From an uncultured virus (IMG/VR IMGVR_UViG_3300005470_000001) (lineage: Duplodnaviria; Heunggongvirae; Uroviricota; Caudoviricetes), in the IMG/VR virus record IMGVR_UViG_3300005470_000001: a stretch of DNA of 64,000 nt; one strand, given 5' to 3'. Position 1 is the first letter of the stretch, and the number at the start of each line of letters is the position of its first letter. Below are positions 10,875 through 24,900 of this stretch, in pieces. The position numbers and the translations under genes were made by a program. The notes beneath the pieces were generated by a model that was not told the origin of the DNA, did not search any database, and saw nothing but the letters and a program-made list of their open reading frames with translations.

Positions 10875-13670
10875 ATGGCAACTAAACCTATAAAAAAGAA
10901 ATCTATTCAATCAGAAGAAGATGCATTAGTTAAAACTCTTACACAACTTGCACGCAAAGGTCAATTTAAATTGGCAGAAATTATTGGTCTTGGATCAGAA
11001 GTTAAATTTGCAACAGAAACAGGAGAAAAATATTTTTCAGAAAATGAACAACATAATGCAAAAGGTGATGCTATGCGTCATCTTTTACTTCAAGCTCAAT
11101 TAACACAAAAACATGGTGAAAAAACAGCAAAAGCAATTAGTTGGGCACATGAAAATATTTTAGATGGTCAAAGTTCTGTAGAAAGAGAAATGGATACATT
11201 TAATGATGAACTTGGAAGAGAAATTGGAAAAAAGGCAAAGAACAAAAATGAAATGACTCGTATGGCTTTAGAAGCTATCAAAAAAAATAAAATTAAGACT
11301 CTTTCAGAAGAACAAATATCGGAGACATATGATATAGGTGGAGTTGTAAAAAAGAAATATCCTCTTGGTGGTAATACTAATTCAAAGGAATATTATGGGT
11401 ACGAAGTTAGAAATAAATTATTTGATGGAGAAAATCTTTATTTTAAAAATAATCCTAATGTAGCTGGTATGGCAGCTGAAGATGGAAAAATTATTTTTAA
11501 TCCTTATAGTAAATTATCACAAGAAAAATTAGATGCTGTTGGATATAATGAAGCGTCTAGATTATATATGAGAGAAAATAATATTGTTCCAAACATTAGT
11601 ATTAATGACGAACAAAGAGATTTTTTTAAAGATACTGAGTATAAAAACAATGAAGATGCACTAAAACAAACTATTATTGCCAGATACATTAGCGGAGACC
11701 CAAGTGCTAACCTCGACAAAAGTCAACTCGTTGAGGCAGAAAATATTAAAAAAAATATAGAAAATATGAAAAAGAAATATCCTTATGGTGGTAATACTAA
11801 CTCTACTATAGAAGCAGAAGGTGGTGAAGTACTTGAAACACCACAAGGACAAGTAGGTAATATTAATGGTCCATCTCATGCAAGTGGTGGTGTAACTATG
11901 AATGTACCTGATGGTTCACTTATATTTTCTGATAGAATTGGTATTAAAAACAATAAAGGTAAATTTTTATCTTTAGCTGATAGAAAAAAAATCAGAGAAG
12001 CAACATTAAAAAAATTAAATAAAAAACAAAGAGATCCTTTTCAGCTTAATACCTTACAAAGAACAGGTGAAAAATTAGCTAAAGAAGAAGAAGCTGATGT
12101 TGCTTTACAAACAATGATTAGAAAACAAGTAGAAGGTGATCAAAATAATGATATACCTAAAGCTGCTCTTGGTGCTGGTCTTACTACAGGTGATAAACTT
12201 ACTGCTGGAGCTAATGTAGCTAGTTCTCTTTTTAATGTATTTAGTACATTAAATTCAATAGGAGATACAAAACCTGCACTTCGTATGAATTCTAATTTAA
12301 ATAAAGATTATGGTATTGCAGGATTAAAAAATTTAGATAATGTATCTGATAATCTAAAGATACAAAATACATATGCTGAAAATCAAATTAAAAATCAATT
12401 AACTCAGAATAAACAAGATGCTACTGCTGCAATAGATAATGCTGGTGGTTCTCTTAATTTAAGAAGGGCACTTAGATCTGATTTGGCAACTAAAACAAAT
12501 AAGATATATAGTGATAGTATGACAGATTTAAGTAGTGCTTTAGCTGCTAAAGAAGGTGAGTTAGGTGTAACAAAAAGTAATATGCTTAATACAAGAGATG
12601 CTAAAGTAGCAGAAGGTGAAGCAAAAAAACTTGACTTTAATAGTAATGCACAAAGATATGATCAAGCTGTAGAAAGATCAAATTCACAAGCTTCTTCGGC
12701 TGCGGGTCAATCTGTATTTGGTGCTGTTCAAAGTATTGGTTCTGCTTTAAATACAAATCAAAAGAATGAACAAACACTTAGTTTATATAATAAAATATTA
12801 GATCAAAGTACAGGTGGTTCTGGTTTAACTGTACCTGGACTTAGTGAAAGTACAGGTGGTTATAATTTAAGTGTACCTGGGCTTAGTGAAGATCCTGATA
12901 CATATACATCTATTTTCCCATCTGCATATAAATTTCCATATGGTGGTACTACAGGTAAACAACCTAAAGGTTCAATACAACCTTTTATTAAAAAAGGACC
13001 AACACCTGATAAAAACGATATGTCTGCTACATTTAACAGACTTTTAAGTATGATACAACCTAATAATGATTCTTTTAAATTACCTACTCAGAAAAAGAAA
13101 TCAGTTAGTATTTCTTCAAATAATGATGATAATGAAATTATTTCTACTGGTATAACAAAATCTCCTGATTATAATAGTATTAGAAAAAGAACAAAAACTA
13201 CTGCTTCAGTAAAAGATAATTCTGAAGATGTTCTTGATTTAATTGCAAGAGGTGAAAGTAGTAATAATTATGATGCTGTTAGTAATAGTAAACCTTTAAA
13301 TGGTTTAAGTAATATGACACTTCAAGATGTTATGTCACACGCTAAACGTACTGGTAAACATGTTGGTGCATGGCAATTTGGTCACAATGAAATTGAAACT
13401 ACTGCTAAAAAATTAGGTTTGGATTTAAAGAAAACAAAATATAGTCCTGCTATACAAAGACAACTTGCTAAACAATTAGCATTAGATCATGGTTTAGGTG
13501 ATTTTTTAAAGGGTAAGACATCATCTGAGAAAGCAATTTATCGTTTATCTCAAAAATGGGCAGCATTACCTAAAGACAAAAGTGGTAAGTCTTATTATGA
13601 AGGTAAAGGTACTAACAAAGCTAATATTAATTTTGATGAACTTTATACTATATTAGGGAGTAATGGATAA
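10875..13670 (+). CDS. Multidomain virion (ejected) protein with C-terminal lysozyme-like domain
   Basis: N-terminal DAMRH..AHE..MD..N..G domain; EAEGGEV..GPSHASGG motif; C-terminal LDLIARGES..Y..GAWQF..WAALP..GKSYY (lambda-lysozyme-like). Confidence 0.7.
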   Translation: MATKPIKKKSIQSEEDALVKTLTQLARKGQFKLAEIIGLGSEVKFATETGEKYFSENEQHNAKGDAMRHLLLQAQLTQKHGEKTAKAISWAHENILDGQSSVEREMDTFNDELGREIGKKAKNKNEMTRMALEAIKKNKIKTLSEEQISETYDIGGVVKKKYPLGGNTNSKEYYGYEVRNKLFDGENLYFKNNPNVAGMAAEDGKIIFNPYSKLSQEKLDAVGYNEASRLYMRENNIVPNISINDEQRDFFKDTEYKNNEDALKQTIIARYISGDPSANLDKSQLVEAENIKKNIENMKKKYPYGGNTNSTIEAEGGEVLETPQGQVGNINGPSHASGGVTMNVPDGSLIFSDRIGIKNNKGKFLSLADRKKIREATLKKLNKKQRDPFQLNTLQRTGEKLAKEEEADVALQTMIRKQVEGDQNNDIPKAALGAGLTTGDKLTAGANVASSLFNVFSTLNSIGDTKPALRMNSNLNKDYGIAGLKNLDNVSDNLKIQNTYAENQIKNQLTQNKQDATAAIDNAGGSLNLRRALRSDLATKTNKIYSDSMTDLSSALAAKEGELGVTKSNMLNTRDAKVAEGEAKKLDFNSNAQRYDQAVERSNSQASSAAGQSVFGAVQSIGSALNTNQKNEQTLSLYNKILDQSTGGSGLTVPGLSESTGGYNLSVPGLSEDPDTYTSIFPSAYKFPYGGTTGKQPKGSIQPFIKKGPTPDKNDMSATFNRLLSMIQPNNDSFKLPTQKKKSVSISSNNDDNEIISTGITKSPDYNSIRKRTKTTASVKDNSEDVLDLIARGESSNNYDAVSNSKPLNGLSNMTLQDVMSHAKRTGKHVGAWQFGHNEIETTAKKLGLDLKKTKYSPAIQRQLAKQLALDHGLGDFLKGKTSSEKAIYRLSQKWAALPKDKSGKSYYEGKGTNKANINFDELYTILGSNG
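11349..11803 (+). repeat. 35-bp near-identical direct repeat (11349-11383 and 11769-11803) encoding KKKYP(L/Y)GGNTNS
   Basis: Direct sequence comparison; copies 420 bp apart. Confidence 0.9.
12805..12890 (+). repeat. Imperfect 42-bp tandem repeat (STGGxxLxVPGLSE x2)
   Basis: Direct sequence comparison. Confidence 0.85.
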
Positions 13671-15895
13671 TGGAAATACCTTCAATATATGCACCTCCTA
13701 CAATAAGTACTGATTTTTATACAATACCAGAACAAGCTATTGGTAAATATGTAGATACTTCTATAAAAAATTGGCAAACAAATGAAGATAATCTCAGTAA
13801 AATTGATATGGCACTAAATAGTGTAAAAACATTTTCTGAATTAGAAGAAGATAAAAATACAGCAATTCAACCTTATAGAGATGCTATAAATCAAGCTACT
13901 AACTTAGCAAAAACTGATCCTAATTCTTTTTTAACACAAGGTGGTAAACTTAGAAATATAGGTAGACAATTGGTTCAAGATATGACTACAGGTAAAATTG
14001 GTCAATATTCACAAGCTTATGAACATTTTAATAATTCATTAAAAGAAAATTTAGAAAATAAAAATAAAAACCCAAATGATGTTCAAGAAATTTTTAATAG
14101 TTATAAACCAGCTGTAATTGATGCTTTAAAAAAAGGTGAATCAATACCAAATGTAGTAGTACCTAATTATGTTAATGTTGAAAAATATTTAGATACTACA
14201 ATATCAAAAATGGATCCAAATTTACCTTCAGATGTTAAAGAAAAATTAGCATTAAGAGCATTAAATTCAAATAGAGAATGGAATGAATACCAACAACATT
14301 TTCCTGAAAGAAATAGTCCTGCTATTGTAGGTAAAACACCAGATGGTAAAAATGTATATATTGGTTATATAAAAGATAAAAATGGTAATCCAATAATGGA
14401 TGAAAATGGTGATTTTATAACAGGTAGAACATTAAATGAGGAAGATGCATTTTCTAAACAATCACTTGTAAATCAACAATTAATAAAAAATATAATAGGT
14501 ATACGGACACCTATGGAGGATGATTATAATAGTGATGATTTAAGTGGTAGTTCAAGTGGTAGTTCAAGTATTAGACCTAGTAGTAATGCTATTCTTACAA
14601 AAGGTTCTCCTTCTGAACAATCTACTTTACCTATATATACTTCAGCTCGTAGAAATTATTATGATAAACAGTTAGAAGAAATTGATGTTAAACTTGAAGA
14701 TCCAAATTTGCCTCCAGATGTTAGAGCAACATATGAAGGAAGAAAAAAAAGACTTGAAGAAGAATATGTTGACGCTAAAAATCGAGATTCTTATCTTAAA
14801 GAAATGACTGTTGAAGCAATGGAAGTTGAAGCATCAAAAAATCCAAATATTGATGTAAGTTTAATTGATAAAGTTCCTCAAATAGAACGTCAAATAAAAG
14901 AACTTATAAAAGATGAAAATATTTTTTCAATAACAGATCCAGAATCTAATAGATATAAGAAAGAGTTTTCGGATTTAGAAAATCAATTAAGAAAAGCTAA
15001 AAAAACAAATGAATTATATATTGCCAAATACAATTCTTTTAATACAAAATTATCTGAAAATCAAGTTAATCCAACTATTGGTTTAAATGTTGTTGGAAAT
15101 AAAGATTTACAACAAACTGTTTTAAATATATTACAAATAGATCCAAATTCAGTAACTCAGGTAATATATGATAATGATGGTAAACCTAAAAAAATACCAG
15201 CAGATGAAGAATTAAATTCTATTGCATTTGCTGATCTTGATGAAACTGGTTATAAATTTAAAAATATTAAACATGGCGAAGATGGTGAAATTATTATAGA
15301 AGCTATTAATATTGATGGAAAAAAATCTAAATTCATAGTTAATAATCCTGATGCTATTCATATATTAGAAAATAAAATAGATAATAATTCTTTTAGCCCT
15401 GAAGTACGTAATTTTGTAAAAGGATTTAGTAATCCACAGATAACAAAAGTGGGTAGAGAAGTTGAATCAGCTTTAAATCCTGTAGATGGTGCTTATTATG
15501 GACCTTTAAAAGAAATTGTTGTTGGACCAATTAAAGCTGTTATTAGAAAAACAAGTGAAGGTGGTATTGCTATGGTTACTTATGATAGTAGAAATAATAA
15601 AAGACGTGTATGGAGACTTAGTGATAATAATGGAGTAGTAGCATCAGCTATAATAAATCTTGCAAGTACTTCACCAATGGAAACATCTACAAATATAATG
15701 CTTGAAGGTGAATCTACAAATAATACAAATAATGAAATAAAAGATGATCCTTATTTTGTAGATCCAGAAAAAGTTCATATATTTAATGATACTAATATAG
15801 TAAATGAAAATAACAATAATTATATATCACCAGATATAATAAATTCATTACCAATTAATCCAAATCGTAATATACAAGGTGCTTATCCTTTTTAA
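13670..15895 (+). CDS. Probable ejected virion protein
   Basis: 741-aa ORF immediately upstream of the virion RNAP, as in crAss-like gene order. Confidence 0.55.
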   Translation: MEIPSIYAPPTISTDFYTIPEQAIGKYVDTSIKNWQTNEDNLSKIDMALNSVKTFSELEEDKNTAIQPYRDAINQATNLAKTDPNSFLTQGGKLRNIGRQLVQDMTTGKIGQYSQAYEHFNNSLKENLENKNKNPNDVQEIFNSYKPAVIDALKKGESIPNVVVPNYVNVEKYLDTTISKMDPNLPSDVKEKLALRALNSNREWNEYQQHFPERNSPAIVGKTPDGKNVYIGYIKDKNGNPIMDENGDFITGRTLNEEDAFSKQSLVNQQLIKNIIGIRTPMEDDYNSDDLSGSSSGSSSIRPSSNAILTKGSPSEQSTLPIYTSARRNYYDKQLEEIDVKLEDPNLPPDVRATYEGRKKRLEEEYVDAKNRDSYLKEMTVEAMEVEASKNPNIDVSLIDKVPQIERQIKELIKDENIFSITDPESNRYKKEFSDLENQLRKAKKTNELYIAKYNSFNTKLSENQVNPTIGLNVVGNKDLQQTVLNILQIDPNSVTQVIYDNDGKPKKIPADEELNSIAFADLDETGYKFKNIKHGEDGEIIIEAINIDGKKSKFIVNNPDAIHILENKIDNNSFSPEVRNFVKGFSNPQITKVGREVESALNPVDGAYYGPLKEIVVGPIKAVIRKTSEGGIAMVTYDSRNNKRRVWRLSDNNGVVASAIINLASTSPMETSTNIMLEGESTNNTNNEIKDDPYFVDPEKVHIFNDTNIVNENNNNYISPDIINSLPINPNRNIQGAYPF

Positions 15896-15911
15896 TATTA
15901 ATAAATAATAT

Positions 15912-18900
15912 ATGTCAGAATTTGAATATAAAGCTCCTGTCGCCAACCCACTTTCTTTCAATAATTCTTCGTTAATGATATCTGATGATGGATTAACAAT
16001 AGATACATCTAAAGGACCCGGTGCTCCAGCATCGGTTTCTTTTGATACAACTCATACTATTCCAGGTTATACTGAAACATCAGGTAGATTATCAGAATTA
16101 GACAGATCAATATATGATCCTTTGCAATATAATAAAGCTGTATCTACTATACCTTGGACTGAACATATTAGCAAAGGATTAAATAATTTTCTTGTTACTA
16201 CTGTTGGAACAGGAGCACAACATATTTCTACACTTAGTGCTGATATTATTGGTGCAGCTAAAGGTGATACAGATACATGGGCTACAATGTTAGATACCTT
16301 TGGTGGATTAGGTACTTGGGGTAAAGAATACATGGAGTCTAATATACAAACTGACTTAGAAAGAGATCCAGGTTCTTTTAATCCAAGTGATCCTGCATGG
16401 TGGTCTAATGTAGCAAGTAGTGGTGTTGGTTCAGCACTTGGTATAGCTATTCCATCAGTTGTTGAAGGTGTAGCTACATCTCTTGCAGTTGGAGCTGTTA
16501 CTAAAGGAGTTGGTGGACTTGCAGTAGGTACAGCTAAAGCAGCTAATATGGTTAATACAATACATAAAGCTCTTAAGGTAATTGCTAGTACTAAAAATGC
16601 TAAACTTGCATTTACTGGTGCATATGCACATGGTAGAGGTAGAGAAGCTTTGATGAATGGTGCTGAAATATATAATACAACATATAATTCTTTAAAAGAA
16701 AGAGGTATTTCTGATGAAGAAGCTAATAAACTTGCTTCTGAAGCAGCTACTTATGTGTTCAGAAGAGATTTTATTACAGGTACAGCATTAGGTGTTTTAG
16801 AAGCATCAATGTTAACATATAGTCCTTTAAAAGGAAAATTAATAACTGATGTTAATAGAAATCCTATTGAAAAAATATTTGATAAAATACCAAATAAATT
16901 TGTTAGAGGTGGAGTACAATCTTTAACTGGTAGTCTTATAGAAGGTGAAGAAGAAGGTCGTCAGGCAGTATATGGTTATGAAGCACAACATAATGCAGAA
17001 ATTGCAGCTGGTTTAAAAACAGATAATAATTTCTTTACAGATAGATTACCTGATTATTTACAAAGATCTGATGTATGGAATCAGGTTGCTGGAGGTGTTA
17101 TGGGTGGTGCGTTTTTACCTGCATTTGGATCTGTTGCTAAATTAGGTCTTAATAAATACACAGGTAAAGATAAGTGGATTAAGATGCATAGTAATTTGAT
17201 GAAAGAAGTTAATCAAGGTATTGAACTTGAATATGTTAAAAAGATATCTGAAGCATTAAATGATGGAAATACAGCATTAGCTAATAATTATATTGCTCAA
17301 CTTAGTGAACACAAATCATTAAATGGATTATTAGTTGATAGAATATCAGATGCTGATGATTCATTATATGAAGCACATCTTAATTTTCTGGAAAAAACAT
17401 TAGCAGAAGCTACAGATGATACTGAAGATCATGCTTTAATTAGACAAACATATCCTTTATTAATACAAAATGCAAAAAAGACTGCTGAAATTTTTGAAGA
17501 AGAAGTTACAAATGAAACACCTTATCATGTTTTAATTCCATTAGTACAAGCTAGATTACAATTAGATGGAGTAAATGATAGCATTGTTTCAAATCAAGTA
17601 TTTATTGACAACAATAATAAATTACTTAATAATAATAAAATAACTGAATTAGGTAAAACTATATTTGAAATTAAAACCTCACTTGATAGTATTTCTTTAG
17701 TTATAAATAATCTTCAGGAATCTTTAAAAAATGTTAAAACTAATAATAGAAATACAATTAGAAAAAATATTTTAAATCAAATAAAATTTTTAAAAAATAA
17801 AGAAAAAAAATTAAAAGATCTTTTATCTGTAACAGAAACTGAATATAATGGTGAAACTATTACCAAAGAACAAAGAGAAGAGGATAATAGAATACTTGGT
17901 ATAATAGGTTCACAAAATAAAGTTAGACAAATTGAACTTCAGAATTTATCACTTGAAGCTAGAGCAAAAACACTTGAAAATACAATAATTGAATATAGAG
18001 ATCCAGAAAATCAGAAAAAATTAAACCAAAAAGCTGCTGAAAATGCTGTTGAAACAACTAAAACTACAGATGATGTAGATACAGTTATTGAAACAGCTAA
18101 AGAAGATCCTGAAATTAATATTGAATCTGTTGAAAAAGAAGCAGAAAAACAAAAAGCTAGAATTACTGAAGAAGATGTTAAAACAGAAGATCCTGATACT
18201 GATAAATCAGTTATTGAAAAAGAAACATCTGTTGAATCAGAAGAAGATGTTGATTCAATTAATGATAAACTTTCAGAAGCAGCAATATCAGAAAATGAAA
18301 ATCAAGAGTTGTTAGATGTACTTGGTAATATAAAAAATCTGGTTAATGATAATATAGTAACTCCTGAAACTAGTAAAAAAACTAGTGAAGAAATTAGTAA
18401 AGAAATTAGTGAGGATGAGTATCTAAGTATGTTTGAAAAAGCATCTCCTGTTATTTTGACTCCTTCTACAGAAGAAAGATCTACTTTAGCATCATTGCTT
18501 ATTCAAGATTTTATAGAAGGCATGGATGTTGAAAATCCTACTTTTAAAGAGTTAATACAGAAAGCAATTGAGATTAGTAATGATAAAGGTGCTAATATAG
18601 AAAGAATGTATAATCTTTTTGTAGAAGGTTGGGAAAAATACATATTTGATACTACAGGTAAAAAAGCTGATGTAAATTATAATACTGTTTACAATGAACT
18701 TTTCAAGATGCAAGTTGCATTAGATAAATTTCAAAGATTATATGAAGAAAATATATCTGAAGAAGAAAAAATAGAATTACAAAATGAAAATTTAAAAGAA
18801 TTAAATGATAAAAAATATATAGAAACATCATCTGGTCTTATTCCTGAAACAGGTAATACCATTGAATCAGGTAATGTCACATTAGCTATAAGTACTGGTT

Positions 18901-21900
18901 CTATATTAGAAGAGATTGTTAATCCTATAACAGGTGAAATTGAAAAACGTTGGGTAGAAGGTAGAACAGTAGATCCTCTAGCTGTCAAATTTTCTGATCC
19001 AGATAGACTCAATGTTGGTACTAAAATGATTGCAGAAGTACATCCTGAATATCTTTCTATGGAAATCAAATATAGTCCGTGGAAAATCAGTGGTCATATT
19101 CCTACTTACCAAGAAGTTTTAGATGGTGTTATGATTAGTACTATTGATGAAGAAGGTAATATATTAGAACCATCTTTTTATCAATTAAAAGAAGGTTCAG
19201 ATGAATATTGGGATGTTGTACCAATTGTAGTTTATGAAAAAGGTAAAAGATTAGAAGATGGTTCTGCACTTTTACATGATTTAAATTGGTATAATGAAAC
19301 AAATGTAGAAGATGATATTAAGAGAAAAGAAGGAAAAAGAAATACACATGCTCTTAGACAATTAGTTAAAAAAAATAAAAGTATTTCTCTAGAAATAAAA
19401 GAAAAAAATACCAGAGTTCTTGAACCTAGTAAATTAGATACTGCTATTACTTTAAAAGAAGCAAATAGTTTTGTTATTGGTTTAAAAATAAAAGATGAAT
19501 TATCTATATATAATTTAGAAACTGGTAAACGTGAAAATCTTGAAGGTACTACTACAAATGTTGATAATTTTGTTGGTGATAACATTATTGATATTAGAAG
19601 AATAGGTACTAATGAAGATAAAACCAATGATTATGCTATTGGATTTGTATTTGATTCGAAAGAAAATCCATCTCAAGAAGTAGTTACATCTATAATAAAA
19701 GCATTACGGTTATATGGTAGTTCAAAAAATGATCCTACAGCAGTAAAGTTAATTAAAGAATTTGAAAAACATTCTGGTATTGATATTGGTTCAAAGGAAG
19801 GTATATATCAATATCTTAAAAAGTTTATATATTCTCCATTCATTAAAATGAATGGTAATGAAATTATAATTTCTGCTGGAGCTAAAAACTTTAAAATTCA
19901 TCAAAATACATTTAAGTCATATAAATATAATAAACTTGCTTTTATCATATTTGATAGCGAATTAAAACCAGTAACTAATATTATCAATAATGCAACAAAA
20001 AATGTTGGTATTCTTTCATTACAAAACGAGGATATTAAACAACCAATATTTTTATTAGATGATAATTTTCATACCATAGAAAGTACTGAATTTTCTTCAT
20101 ATTATGATTATATCATTAACACCTTAAAAACAAATCTTAAAAATTATAATGTTGGTACCAAAGAAAATCCTGTATGGACTCCTTCTATACAACCTTTAAT
20201 AACTGTCGGATTACCAGAAGCACAAGCTAGAAAAGAAGTTGTCACAGAAGAAGAAATAAAACCTGAAGTAGAAAAATCATTAGATGTTAAACCTAATATT
20301 CCAACAGTAAATAAACAAGATATTGTAGATGTTGAAAAACTAACACCAGATGAAGAAATTATAACAAAAGCTTATAATGCAATCAATGGATTATATTCAT
20401 TAGATGAAAGAATTGGTAAATCATTAAATGAACTTTTAAGGAAAGAACAAGCTTCACCTGTACTTGGTATAGAATCAATTGAAAGAATTAAATCTGTTCT
20501 TAAATCAATTGAAGGTATAACTCCTTATGAATTATCTGAAATCACAAGTAGTTTTGCTTCTATATATAGTGATATTATTAAAAATAGTGATGTTAGCTTA
20601 GATAATATCAAAGATAATATTGAAAATATGATTCTTGATCATATTGATAAAATTATTAAACCTCTTGAAGAAAATTTAAATGAACTTGAAACTCTTAATA
20701 AAAAAGGAATTTATTCTAATTTAAATTTATTGTTATCTGACTATTATACTTTCTTCAATAAAATTAAACAAATACAGGATAACACAAATTTAATTGCAGA
20801 TAAAATTATTGATGAATTAGTTGAAAATAAAGTTATCAATGCTATTAAAATAAAAGAGGATGACATTGAATCAGAAGAAATTGATATTGAATCAGAAGAA
20901 ATTGACGAAAATGTTACCTATGATAAAAATTCAGAAGAAAAAGATTTTCATGAAAAAGCAGGTACATTAGTTCGTAATTTATTATTTAATCAACCTGATA
21001 TAGATACAAATGGTAATCAAAAAACTGGTTTTCTTGGTTTACCAAAATTTGTATCAAAGGATTTTGCTTTTGATAATACTATTGCTGTATTAGCTAACAT
21101 GGGTAGTAATCTTGAAACAATGATAGCTGAGTTAAAAGCTAATGCTTCTGTGCACCCTTGGATGTGGCTTGAAGACAAAGATGTTTATGATGAAGAATAT
21201 GTAAAAAAACAAGCTAATACTTTAGTAGGAAGATTACTTGCTGATAACAAAGATCTATCTAAACCTAATAATCTTCAGAGCAATTTCTCTGTAGTTATGA
21301 ATAATCATAAGTTTTTAGCTAAGTTTGTTTATTTAGTTAAAAATCATACATATGATGATCATAATCGTATTATTGGTACAAATGTATCATTAAATGTATA
21401 CGATAGTAATTCTTCAAGTGTTGCAGCTAGTCACATGTCTGATTGGAGAGATAATATTAGAAAAAATCTGACATTATCAAATGGTAATGATAGTATATTT
21501 GATCGTAAAAAAGCACAAGATTTATTAGATAGATTTAATGATTTTGCACGTGAAAAATTTGTATCAAATACAGATGTAAATTCATATTTAGAAAAGATTG
21601 GTATTACAGAACATCTTGATGATGGTCAAGAATTTCAAATTAATGATAAAATATTAAATAAATTATTTGCTGAAACAAATATATTATTCTATTCAAAAAA
21701 TAGAAATACAGATAAATATATATTAGAAAAGACTAAAACTGGTTATAAGTTTAAAGTATATACTAAATATGATGTTGAAAATAAAGAGAAATATATTGCA
21801 TGGTTAAATGATATTGGTATTAAAATATCATCTAAATTATTAGATCAATTTATTAATAATACTTATCGAGTTAATGGTAAAAAAATACCGTTTGAAGATA

Positions 21901-24900
21901 TGTTTTATGTAAAGGAAAATAATAAAGGTATTTTTGGTTATTTAGCAGCTAGATTGAAGATTATAGCAAATAGTGATACACCAATTAAATTAGAAACAAG
22001 TGGTACTTTTGGATTTGCAGATAATATTATTTTTAATATAGCTAGAGCAGAAGCAAGATATACACAAGCAAGAATGGTTGTTTCATTTAGAGATAATGGA
22101 AAAACATTCTATGGATTTGTTACAGGTAGTCTCATTTATGACAGAATCAATGGTCTTAAAACCAAAGCTATACAAGATAATTTATCTAAAGATGTTTTTA
22201 GTAGAGATTCAGATATAATTACTTTACTAAAAGAATCTGATGAGTTTAGAGATAGATATAATCTATTTACAATAGGTAACAATTCATTTAAAATCAAAGG
22301 TAAAAAGGTTCCTTTAAAAAATTCAATGACTGATTTATCTGATGCTGATCATGAAACAACAAAAGTAGGATTCTTTCAAAACACAAGTAATGGAATATTA
22401 GCTGATCATCCTGTAAAAATTACAGTTGGTGATAAAGAATATAGTTTTCAAAGAAGAATTGCTCATATGTTGGGATTAACATCTTCTGATAAAACTAGTG
22501 TAAAAGGTTTTATTACAGCAATATTAAATTTTACCAATAAAGATTTTAATATAGAAAATGGTGTAGTTACAATGAATGAAGGTATAAGAGAATACCTTTA
22601 TAAACAAATTGTTAATCCTGAATTACAAAGAATTATTAATTTTCATCAACATGGTAAATATAATATTAAATATAATGGTGGTATTTTTTATCAAATACCT
22701 CAACTCAATGATATTGAATTAGATATTAAAGGTAATAAAATAAAACTTATTCATTATTTAGCACAGAAAAATGTTGATATTAGCAAAATAGAAAATCAAA
22801 TCAAAGAAAAAGCTAATATTGTATTAGATAACTTTGTTAAAAATCTTGTTAATGAAAAATTAGAATCATGGAAAAATAATAATATTATTGGTTTATTTGA
22901 TACTAAATATTTATCAAAATGGAGTGCTACTGAAACTAAAGAAGAACTTTATAGTTTAATTGCACATGACCAAGTTATTAATTATCTGATTCATTATTCA
23001 GATATGTTAAAGCTTTATGCTATGGATCCAGCTTTTTATTACAAACAATCAAATATTAACAGAAAATTAAAAATTACAGATAATACTTATGACTTAAATG
23101 CTGATATTAAAGCTACTTATGAGAATATTACAAAACGACTTGCGAGATTAATTGCACCAGGTCAACAAATTGCAAATAGTACTGATGATAGTTATATACA
23201 ATTATTTTTAGATGATAATGAACCACAAGCTTCTTCTTATCAAATGCTTTTAAAAGCACTTGGTGAAGAAGGTGCTAAAAATTATGTAAAAGTAAATGAA
23301 ACTGATGCACAAGAATATACTACTTGGCAAGAACATATTGAGATTCTTTATAGACTTGGTAAAACACCAGATAGTGCTGTTGATTTTACTATTCAAGATT
23401 TAGAAGATGCTAGAAAATTATTTAGTTATTATAAAAGTATTGATTTACTTACTGAAAAAGAAAGAGTTCTTGTGAAAAAAGTATTACAGCCTATTAAACC
23501 TGTATATAGCGGTGATAAATTTGATGAAGTTAATGGTATAATGAGACCTGTCTATATTAAATCATCTTCGTTCCCATTAATTCCACAATTAACAGCTAGT
23601 TTGGAAATTGACAAACTCAGATTGTTAATGGAAAATATACAAGCTAAAAAGAATAAAAATGTTAGAGCTTCTTTCCAATCTGCTAATAAAGTTGGTAGTG
23701 CAAGAAATGCTTTAAATATGTTTTCAAAAGATGGCTCTGGTAAATTTGTATATGTAAATGACAATTCTAATAGAGAATTAACTGATGAAAATTTACTTGA
23801 TACTATTATATCAGAACACACACTTGAATTAAATAGAGAGAATTTTAGAATTCAACAGGATGTACCATATAAATCTGGTTATCATTCAGAAGATGTTATA
23901 TCAAATGGTACCCAGATGAATAAACTTATTCTTGCTAATGGTGTTTTATTATTAGATAACTTTGAATATAATGATAAAACAATTGATGGTAAAGAACTTT
24001 ATACAACTTTTAACAATACATTTAGAGAACTTTTAGAACATAGAAGAGAAATTCTTTTAAGTAAGTTTAATAGTATAGAAAAATTACAAGAAACCATTAA
24101 TAGTGAAGCAAAGAAAAATGGTATTCAGGATATTGCTGCACTCACTTTAAATGAAAATGGAGAATTTGCTAATCCTATATGGGCTTCACCAAATGCTTAT
24201 AGATACGAAGCATTGTTACAATCCATTATAAATAAACACATTATTAAATTTAAGATGCCTGGTTACTCTTATGTAGCAGGTAGTAGTGCTGGTTTTCATA
24301 CTACAAGTAATATTCATGATATTAATCAATCGAGAATTGTTTGGATAGATGAACCTATAAAAAAACTTGGACACAATGATATATTAATTCCTTCTAAATT
24401 TAGAGATAATAAAGGTAATCTTATTGATCTTGTTTCAGATACAAATAAAGATGGGACTAAAAAATATGTAAAACTTGTTAAAAATAGTGATGGTGCAGAA
24501 TATTATCAGTTAGATAAAGATAAAATAGATGAAAGATTATTGAAAATTATTAGTTTCCGTATTCCTACTTCTAATCATAGTTCAATGTCACTTGATAATA
24601 TCAAAGGTTTTCTACCTACTGAAGTTGGTGATTTAATGTTAGTATCTGCTAGTAAAACAATGCAGAAAGGCCTTGATTTTGATGTTGATAAAGAAAATAC
24701 ATATCATCTTTGGACAGTAAAAAACAAAGAAGGTAAACTTGTACCATTAGAAGATGTTGTAAAAATTGAAGACATTAATAAACAACTTAAAACTGCTATT
24801 GATAAAGATAAAATTGATGAGTTAAATATATTAAAAGAAAAACTTATCAATAATAAAATGATAAATCTTTATCAATCTATATTATCACATGAAGAAGTAC

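Noticed and set aside
20861..20906. 21-bp tandem repeat (DIESEEI x2) in the RNAP gene
   Set aside because: Ordinary low-complexity acidic linker expansion
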